From assembly GCA_965370495.1 (NCBI GenBank), contig CBDUUV010000002.1, forward strand, positions 1 through 50,960: 50,960 bases of DNA, read 5' to 3'. The DNA is from an uncultured bacterium. GTDB taxonomy: Bacteria; Krumholzibacteriota; Krumholzibacteriia; Krumholzibacteriales; Krumholzibacteriaceae. The position numbers and the translations under genes are program-made. Position 1 is the first letter of the stretch. The number at the start of each line of letters is the position of its first letter. The notes below the pieces were generated by a model. The model did no database searches. It worked only from the letters and a program-made list of their open reading frames with translations, and was not told the DNA's origin. This document shows positions 44,680 through 50,960 of the stretch, piece after piece.

Positions 44680-45570
44680 GTGTTAAAGAGGCTTCTTGTA
44701 TTTACATGTATTCTGGGATTTTCTGTTACGGCGGCATATTCGGCCATCTATACGGTCAATCCCGACGGTAGCGGAGATGCTCCTACAATACAGGCTGCGA
44801 TCGACCTGACCGTCAATGGAGACATGGTATTGATCAATGGCGGTACATATTATGAGACGGGTCTCCTTGTCGATAGCAAGAATATCATTATCCAGTACGG
44901 AGACGGGATTCCAGTTCTCGAATCCTCGACGCCGGGAAGTGGTATATGTATCACCCTTAGAAATGTTGATTCGGGCTGCTGGATATGGGGGGTCGATTTC
45001 ACGGGCTTTGAAACCGGCATTTTGATAGAAAACGGGTCGCCGATGATCAGTTTTCTGAATATTTTCAACTGTACTACAGGTGTCAGGATCACAGGAGTAA
45101 CTTCCGCACCCGAAATTTCATTCGATCTCATCGACAATTGTGTCACTGGTATCGATGTTCAGCAGAGCACCAATACAGTGATTCAGAACGTGACGATCGT
45201 AGAAGGCTTAACCGGCGTCAGAGTCTCTGGCGGCACTGTTACAGTGGGCAGCAGCATACTCTACCGGCTGGATATTGGTATGGACTACCATAGCGGTACG
45301 ATTATCCTGTCGTGTAATGACCTGTGGGAGAATACGGTGAATTACAGTGGTTGTTCACAGGGGGCGACAGATTTCTTCGAGCTCCCCCGGTTCTGTTATG
45401 AGCTGGATGGGTCCCCCGGCCTGTACTACCTGCACAGCGATTCCCCTTGCTGGGCGAGTAATAATGCTTGTGGGGTGAATATCGGCGCGTATGTCTCCGG
45501 CCCTGGATGTACAGGCGTTGCGGCAGGCGAGGCTACGTGGGGGGATATCAAGCAGCTGTATACCGAATAG
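44680..45570 (+). CDS. Secreted right-handed parallel beta-helix repeat protein (function unknown)
   Basis: GTG start after AGAGAGGTGA, with a signal peptide. IYTVNPDGSGDAPTIQAAIDLTVNGDMVLINGGTYYE is the usual N-terminal cap of pectin-lyase-fold proteins. It is followed by ~22-aa repeats (GVRITG..., GIDVQQ..., GVRVSG...) and a Cys-rich C-terminus. Confidence 0.6.
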   Translation: MLKRLLVFTCILGFSVTAAYSAIYTVNPDGSGDAPTIQAAIDLTVNGDMVLINGGTYYETGLLVDSKNIIIQYGDGIPVLESSTPGSGICITLRNVDSGCWIWGVDFTGFETGILIENGSPMISFLNIFNCTTGVRITGVTSAPEISFDLIDNCVTGIDVQQSTNTVIQNVTIVEGLTGVRVSGGTVTVGSSILYRLDIGMDYHSGTIILSCNDLWENTVNYSGCSQGATDFFELPRFCYELDGSPGLYYLHSDSPCWASNNACGVNIGAYVSGPGCTGVAAGEATWGDIKQLYTE

Positions 45571-45616
45571 AGTTTCTGGAGTCAGGATTTTCCGATTGAA
45601 AACAAGGGAGAGGTTG

Positions 45617-47326
45617 ATGAACAGGTATATCCTGGGATTGATATGTCTTGGAGTGTCTGTCTTCAGCCTGGTTGGCTCCACGGAAAGTGCTTCACCCCGG
45701 CAGAGGGAGCGAGGTAGAGTGGAAGCAATATTTATTAATGGCAGAATATATACCATGGATGAGACTTTACCCGTCGCTGAAGCGATAGCTGTAGGTGGAG
45801 GAAAGGTTCTTGGTGTAGGGACTACCGATGAGATGATTCAGCTCCGCGGGCCGGGGACAGTAGAATATGATCTTGAAGGCCTGACTGTGATTCCTGGACT
45901 GGTTGATGCCCATGCTCATTTTACAGGGTATGCACTGGGCAGATCCTCGATCGACCTGAAGGGGACATCTTCATTCAGTGAAGTGGCAGGTTTTGTTGTG
46001 GAAAGGGTTTCAAAGACGGCAAAGGGTGACTGGATAACCGGGCGTGGATGGGATCAGAATGACTGGGATTTTTCAGAGTATCCTCAAACCGGTGATATCG
46101 ATTCTGTAAGCGTGGAAAACCCCGTTTTTCTGATAAGAGTCTGTGGGCATGCCGCATTTGCCAATTCTTTCGCGTTGCGTCTGGCTGGAATCGACAGGGA
46201 TACTCCGGACCCTCCCGGGGGCAGGATACTCCACGACAGCGATGGCCGGCTCACGGGTATCCTGATTGACAGCGCAATCGAGCTCGTCAGAAAGATCATT
46301 CCTTCTCACTCCAGAGAAGAGAAGAAAAGATTGTTCACAGAGGCTGCCCGTCAGTGCCTGTCAGTGGGATTGACCGGTATTCACGAGATGGGTATTTCAG
46401 GTGAGACAGCTTCGATCTACCGTGAATTGTATATGGAAGAAGTTCTTGCTATCAGGTTGACAGTATATTACCTGCATGATGATGAGGCTATCGACAGCTT
46501 GCTCGATGCGGGGCATATGACCGGTTTTGGCGATGATCATTTCGAAGTAGCCGGAGTCAAATTCTTTATAGATGGTTCACTGGGGGCACGCAGCGCGGCG
46601 CTTCTCGATGATTATTCAGATGATCCTGGAAACAGCGGGTTTCTGGTAATCGACCCCGACGAGTTGTACAGGCAGATTCTGAAATGTCACAAAAAGGGTT
46701 TTTCCGTGGCGATTCATGCAATAGGTGACAGGGGCAACCGAATAGCCCTGGATGTCCTGGAGAAAGCAGTGGCCGAGGGACTTCTTGAGGATAACAGGGA
46801 CAGGATTGAACATGCACAGATACTTTCGATTGATGATATTGGAAGGTTCGCTTCTCTAGGAGTTATACCATCGATGCAGTTTACCCATTGTACTTCCGAT
46901 ATGCCATGGGTGGAAAAGCGATTGGGGCCTGATCGTATCAAGGGCGCTTACGCATGGAGGTCTTTGATAAATGAAGGTTGCAGAATTCCGGGCGGTTCGG
47001 ATTTTCCGGTCGAATCGATCGATCCCCTTCTGGGAATCTATGCCGCCGTCACAAGACAGGACCTTGATGGGAATCCCGGGGGAGGCTGGAGGAGCAGCCA
47101 GTGCCTGACTGTCCAGGAAGCGGTAAGGGCTTTTACGCTGGATGCTGCGTGGGCGGTCCACCAGGATCAGGTGCGCGGGTCGCTCGAGAAGGGAAAAGTC
47201 GCCGATTTTATCGTTCTTTCCGATGATATCATGCAGATTGACTCTCGAAGGATCCCGGATATCGATGTTTTTGCCACGATTCTTGGCGGAATGATCGAGT
47301 ACAGATCCTCTGAATCGCCATTCTGA
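45617..47326 (+). CDS. Secreted amidohydrolase-family (YtcJ-like, Amidohydro_3) metal-dependent hydrolase
   Basis: ATG at 45617 follows GGGAGAGG; the ORF-track extension to 45491 overlaps the upstream gene. It has a signal peptide. IPGLVDAHAHF, IHAIGDRG, IEHAQ, GSDFPVE. Confidence 0.85.
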   Translation: MNRYILGLICLGVSVFSLVGSTESASPRQRERGRVEAIFINGRIYTMDETLPVAEAIAVGGGKVLGVGTTDEMIQLRGPGTVEYDLEGLTVIPGLVDAHAHFTGYALGRSSIDLKGTSSFSEVAGFVVERVSKTAKGDWITGRGWDQNDWDFSEYPQTGDIDSVSVENPVFLIRVCGHAAFANSFALRLAGIDRDTPDPPGGRILHDSDGRLTGILIDSAIELVRKIIPSHSREEKKRLFTEAARQCLSVGLTGIHEMGISGETASIYRELYMEEVLAIRLTVYYLHDDEAIDSLLDAGHMTGFGDDHFEVAGVKFFIDGSLGARSAALLDDYSDDPGNSGFLVIDPDELYRQILKCHKKGFSVAIHAIGDRGNRIALDVLEKAVAEGLLEDNRDRIEHAQILSIDDIGRFASLGVIPSMQFTHCTSDMPWVEKRLGPDRIKGAYAWRSLINEGCRIPGGSDFPVESIDPLLGIYAAVTRQDLDGNPGGGWRSSQCLTVQEAVRAFTLDAAWAVHQDQVRGSLEKGKVADFIVLSDDIMQIDSRRIPDIDVFATILGGMIEYRSSESPF

Positions 47327-47330
47327 TATT

Positions 47331-48323
47331 TTACCGGGTCTCTTTCAATCTGACATTTCCATCCTGTGTTCTGATCCGGATCCTGCCGTTTCCATCAAGA
47401 AGAGTTCCGGAGATCCAGTCTTTTCCTTTTCGCACTTTACTTGCATCCGGAAGATCCACACTGATTCTGCCGTCATCGACATCAATCGTGAAGACGGCGG
47501 AAATCCCTTCTTCCAGATTCAGAGTGACGTCACCGTCATCGGTCCTGATATCCAGGTCCAGCATGCCGGTCCCGCGCAATTGGACATCGAGATCACCGTC
47601 ACTGGATTGGAAGTACAATTTGCTGGTAGAAAGCCTGTAAAGATCAACATCTCCGTCATCTACTTCTATGTCGAAATCACCCTCGCAGTTTCGGATATTA
47701 ACCGGCCCGTCTTCCGCTCTGATCCTGCAATAAGGGATTGTGCTGCTGGAGATTTCTATCCGTCCGTCATCGGAATCGATATCGATATTTCCACTGTGGT
47801 CCTCGATATCAATGTCGCCGTCCTCTATTCTTATCTTTGTCTTTTCACATTCTACCCCGCTCAGAACCACGTTCCCGTCGTCCAGGCGGATCTCTATATT
47901 TGCTCTCCAGTCATCGATGTATAACTCTCCATCGTCTCCTTGAAGGTCGAGTGCGATATAATCGGGAGCGTGTATCGTGTATGTATACTCATTGATATTG
48001 AAGATTTGGATTCCGATTATAGTGCTGCTTTCGTACGAAAGCACTTCTATGGTATTTCTCTTTCTGTGGAATTCAACCGTAAAATCCCGTTTGCCGCTTC
48101 CTATCGATTTGTATTCGGCACTGTATCGGATTTCAATATCCAGAATGTCCTTGTCCCACCTCTTGAGGGTGACGTTTCCGTCACCATGTTTGAGGCGAAG
48201 GCCCATGCCGCGTTCGACATCAAAGCTTTCATGGAAATCTTTGATTATCTTGTTGCACTCAGCCTGTCCTGTGGCAGCCACTAAAAATAGTGGCATAAGA
48301 CAAAAATATATAAGCTTTTTCAT
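47331..48323 (-). CDS. DUF4097-family beta-strand repeat protein (putative adhesin-like)
   Basis: It has a signal peptide. Repeated (D/E)DGx(I/V)x(I/L) units: EDGDIDIEDHSGNIDIDSDDGRIEI, VDDGDVDLYR, SSDGDLDVQL, TDDGDVTLNL, VDDGRISVDL, TQDGNVRLK. Confidence 0.7.
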   Translation of the reverse strand: MKKLIYFCLMPLFLVAATGQAECNKIIKDFHESFDVERGMGLRLKHGDGNVTLKRWDKDILDIEIRYSAEYKSIGSGKRDFTVEFHRKRNTIEVLSYESSTIIGIQIFNINEYTYTIHAPDYIALDLQGDDGELYIDDWRANIEIRLDDGNVVLSGVECEKTKIRIEDGDIDIEDHSGNIDIDSDDGRIEISSSTIPYCRIRAEDGPVNIRNCEGDFDIEVDDGDVDLYRLSTSKLYFQSSDGDLDVQLRGTGMLDLDIRTDDGDVTLNLEEGISAVFTIDVDDGRISVDLPDASKVRKGKDWISGTLLDGNGRIRIRTQDGNVRLKETR

Positions 48324-48417
48324 TGCCGGGCACCTCCATCTATCGGTTTACATAAAAATCTGTTTCCATGGACCAATAAAAACGATGTTAATAATATTGA
48401 ATGACTATATCGATGTA

Positions 48418-50193
48418 TCAGTCCTCTATTCTTTCAGCGATCATTAAAAGGGGAAGGGCAAGGTTGTCGATCATCAGTTTTTGGATCTTTTTGCGTGGAT
48501 TCTTTTCGCCTCTTACGGAGGAAGCTTTCCTGATCAGGTCATCAGTCAGTGTCATGGCGATTCCTGGAAACGCCAGGGAAGGAGAAGAAGAGGCGATGGC
48601 AACTTCACTGAGCGCATCTTCCCGCTGCAGGCCCATGTCATTGATCAGGAAATCCACACAGAAATCTATGGTAGATCTTCCCGAATGAAGCTGGAGAACT
48701 ATCAGCATCCTTGCCAGTTCGAGTATTTTGTCTTCGAGGAGGAATTTTCTGAGTTCCAGTTTTTTGTCAGGGTGAAGGATAAAGAGATCCTTGAGGTTCA
48801 AAATACTCCATCCTGTCATGAAGAACTCCGATGCAAATATCTTCCTGATGTCCGAACCATCTTTACATAGCATATACCTGGCTCGTGTAACGGGAGAGGA
48901 TACCTTCATCAGCTCGTAAAAGAGCCGATCCTTTTCCGTGTTTTCCGCGTCAGGACGGATAATGATTGTTAAATCGCATTTCTTTTCCCCGACAGCTCGA
49001 AATGAAAATGATACGAGCCTGTGCTTTCTGCTTCCTGGCACAACAAGGTATGGGTTGACCGGGAGAACTTCAGACAGCCCTGGATTATCGATTCGGAGAA
49101 TATCAGGATGGTGTCTTTTTCTGATATTGAAAACACCCTGTTGTGAGATGCGTTCCTCTATATCGGAGAGGATGCTCGATACGTCTGAACCAGTTCCGGC
49201 GCTGCCAGCCGTAATCAGGCTGTCCGAAGAGCCGGCTTTCGCGGCGGTTCCCTGCTCCCGAGCAGAAAAATGCGTGTGCGTGGAGTTTTTCTCTATGGAA
49301 GAAATCTGTGACCTATACTTCCTTATAGTCTTTTTAGTTTCGGTAATGAACCTGTCCAGGTCGATATCGAGATGTTCGGAATACCTGAACAGGTCAGAGA
49401 GGTTTTCCATTCCGAGGATATGGCGGCCATGCGCGCGCGGCGTGATCTCATTGACAAGTAAGTCCTTGAAAAAAATGATACTCTGTTTTGCTGTTCCAAG
49501 TGAAGACGGAAGCCTGCCATACCTTTCCAAAACAAGTGTGTCAAGCTCTGTGAAAGCGGTGATAAGAGCCGTTATGCGTTCGGCAGCGGTATTGACATGG
49601 AGCTCTGCCGGATTTTTAAGGTTGTAAGACGCGTTTTCCAGAAGAAGTGGTATGCGGGCAAGTCGTTTGCCGTAATCCTCGAATTCCTTTTCTCCTGGTT
49701 TATCCAGGCGTGATGGTATTGCGAAAAGTGTTTCATCGAGCAGCCAGCAGTAAAGCAGCGGATTGTGTTTGTGGTTGCAGAGCCTGTTCAGGTTGAACGA
49801 TTCTCCTCTGAGCCAGGATATTATCAGGGCTGAGTCGTCCAGTTCTTCGCCATTCAGATGCGCGGCAGGCAATTCAGCAAAAACATTCAACACGGAGTCA
49901 ATTTTTTCCGTGAAAAACGACAGTTCTTCTTCTGAGAAAGTAAAAAGAAGGGAATCAACACCAGCCAGGCCCAGCCTCGAACTTCTCAATGGATGCAATC
50001 GGGAATACAGCCTGACCGATTCTTCTTTTAAAGATTTGAACACAATACGCGAATGTTCAATGTTCTTGTCCTCTCCGCATCCGGAAAGGAGGATGGATAT
50101 CAATATCGGAAATAAGAGAATAATTCTGCCGGTAGCGGTCCCGGTTTGAAACATCTTTTGGGTTTTTCTCCGGTTAAACATGCTATTCTCCAC
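48418..50193 (-). CDS. Hypothetical lipoprotein (about 590 aa, mostly helical; family not recognised)
   Basis: Lipobox ILLSGC with Cys at residue 39 of the ORF. The start is uncertain: GTG 50193, or internal ATGs at residues 5 or 14. Size and lipoprotein nature recall DUF885, but I see no HExxH-type motif. Confidence 0.6.
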   Translation of the reverse strand: MENSMFNRRKTQKMFQTGTATGRIILLFPILISILLSGCGEDKNIEHSRIVFKSLKEESVRLYSRLHPLRSSRLGLAGVDSLLFTFSEEELSFFTEKIDSVLNVFAELPAAHLNGEELDDSALIISWLRGESFNLNRLCNHKHNPLLYCWLLDETLFAIPSRLDKPGEKEFEDYGKRLARIPLLLENASYNLKNPAELHVNTAAERITALITAFTELDTLVLERYGRLPSSLGTAKQSIIFFKDLLVNEITPRAHGRHILGMENLSDLFRYSEHLDIDLDRFITETKKTIRKYRSQISSIEKNSTHTHFSAREQGTAAKAGSSDSLITAGSAGTGSDVSSILSDIEERISQQGVFNIRKRHHPDILRIDNPGLSEVLPVNPYLVVPGSRKHRLVSFSFRAVGEKKCDLTIIIRPDAENTEKDRLFYELMKVSSPVTRARYMLCKDGSDIRKIFASEFFMTGWSILNLKDLFILHPDKKLELRKFLLEDKILELARMLIVLQLHSGRSTIDFCVDFLINDMGLQREDALSEVAIASSSPSLAFPGIAMTLTDDLIRKASSVRGEKNPRKKIQKLMIDNLALPLLMIAERIED

Positions 50194-50321
50194 TTTCGAA
50201 ACTATACATACTGGTTTATAACTGCTTGTAAAACATAAGTAAATATCTTTCCAGACAGAACGATCTCATGTATTACTATACATTGATCTGATACGATGCA
50301 CAAGGATCGGAGAGGTAGTAT

Positions 50322-50960
50322 ATGGCAACTCGAAAAACAGGGGTTTTGATCAGCCAGCGGCTGGCTGTCTCCGTGATTTCGGTCCTGTTCGGTGCCACTG
50401 TGGCCGGATGGTTATTAACCGAGGTGTTTCCAGCCGATTTTCCGTTTCGTTCTGCTGAATACACGGAAAAGTGGGGAGATGCCGCGGTAAAAGCCTGTAA
50501 CTGGTTAAAACTGTACGATCCGTTCCATTCGTTCTGGTTCAGTGGAATACTCACGCTTTTTTTCATCGTTCTTCTGCTGTGCGTTATTTCGAGGTGGAAG
50601 GATTTTATTCTCCGTTCGTTCAGAATATCAGTAACAGGAATGTGGAAGAAAATTCCAGAGGGAGCCCATGGGGCCCGGATTCTGTGGCTCGATCCTCTCG
50701 GCTCGAAAAAAAAGCAGAAGGACCCCATTATTCATTATGCGGAAAAGTATGGAATCGATGGAGGCGTCCACGGGGACCTGAAAGAGAAAATCTACCTTGC
50801 TGTATCGTCGGTGTTCAGGAAGAACAAATTCTCTATGTCCCGTTCTGATGGGAAAGAGGGGTTATTTTTTTCCGCTGTTGCCGGTAGATGGAGGTTTTTC
50901 GGGAATTTTCTGTTTCATCTCGGCCTCCTTGTGATCACCGCGGGTGGGATGGTCGGAAGC
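50322..50960 (+). CDS. resB: ResB/Ccs1-family cytochrome c biogenesis protein, N-terminal part (runs off the window)
   Basis: Not in the ORF track because it has no stop. ATG at 50322 lies 7 nt after GGAGAGG and the frame stays open for 213 codons to the window edge. Motifs: ISQRLAVSVISVLFGATVAG (TM1), LYDPFHSFWFSGILTLFFIVLLLCVISRW, GNFLFHLGLLVITAGGMVGS. Confidence 0.7.
   Translation, partial: MATRKTGVLISQRLAVSVISVLFGATVAGWLLTEVFPADFPFRSAEYTEKWGDAAVKACNWLKLYDPFHSFWFSGILTLFFIVLLLCVISRWKDFILRSFRISVTGMWKKIPEGAHGARILWLDPLGSKKKQKDPIIHYAEKYGIDGGVHGDLKEKIYLAVSSVFRKNKFSMSRSDGKEGLFFSAVAGRWRFFGNFLFHLGLLVITAGGMVGS

Noticed and set aside
47331-48323. Strong short-period repetition on both strands; several mirror ORFs are listed in the track at 47580-48447. 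I considered a tandem DNA repeat or CRISPR-like array.
   Set aside because: The repeats are degenerate at the DNA level and in frame with a single 330-aa ORF (DUF4097 beta-repeat units). There are no identical direct repeats with unique spacers.
1-50960. Search for mobile elements, integrases, toxin-antitoxin pairs, restriction-modification, CRISPR-Cas or other known defence modules, and for rRNA.
   Set aside because: No ORF shows transposase/integrase, nuclease-helicase, methyltransferase or Cas-like motifs. There are no terminal inverted repeats or spacer arrays. The only RNA gene I could fold is tRNA-Leu.

Overview
This is a gene-dense chromosomal window of about 50 CDS plus one tRNA, almost all on the plus strand, from a diderm bacterium. 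I saw no rRNA, CRISPR array, transposase, integrase or recognisable defence genes.

Gene order:
- Tail of a V/A-type ATPase operon (A fragment, B, D).
- A 0.5-kb non-coding gap carrying two consensus sigma70-type promoters.
- An outer-membrane module: an Oar-like TonB-dependent transporter, an 833-aa orphan secreted protein with a T9SS/FlgD-Ig-like C-terminal domain, a PorV/PorQ-like barrel, and a GWxTD protein.
- ExbB-ExbD-ExbD-TonB.
- TolC plus a split MacAB-type ABC exporter with two permease paralogues.
- A second GWxTD protein.
- A Dpp/Opp-type peptide importer without ATPase genes, followed by an SH3b-NlpC/P60 peptidase.
- A monocistronic porin-like barrel.
- A rhomboid-TPR fusion.
- radC-mreB-mreC-mreD-mrdA-rodA.
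- pmbA, lgt, comF.
- fba-gap-pgk-tpiA-secG-tRNA-Leu(GAG).
- DUF4446, a second rhomboid, a beta-helix protein and an amidohydrolase.
- A lipoprotein and a DUF4097 protein on the minus strand.
- The 5' part of resB.

The best candidate for something undescribed is the envelope block at about 2.85-21.2 kb. It combines an Oar-type transporter, a cargo-like CTD protein and a PorV-like barrel, sits next to its own TonB motor and a TolC/ABC exporter, and contains two GWxTD proteins of unknown function. The rest is ordinary housekeeping with conserved synteny.

All product calls rest on motif recognition by eye. No database search, HMM scan or RNA folding was possible, so families are named at family level only and several start codons are judgement calls.
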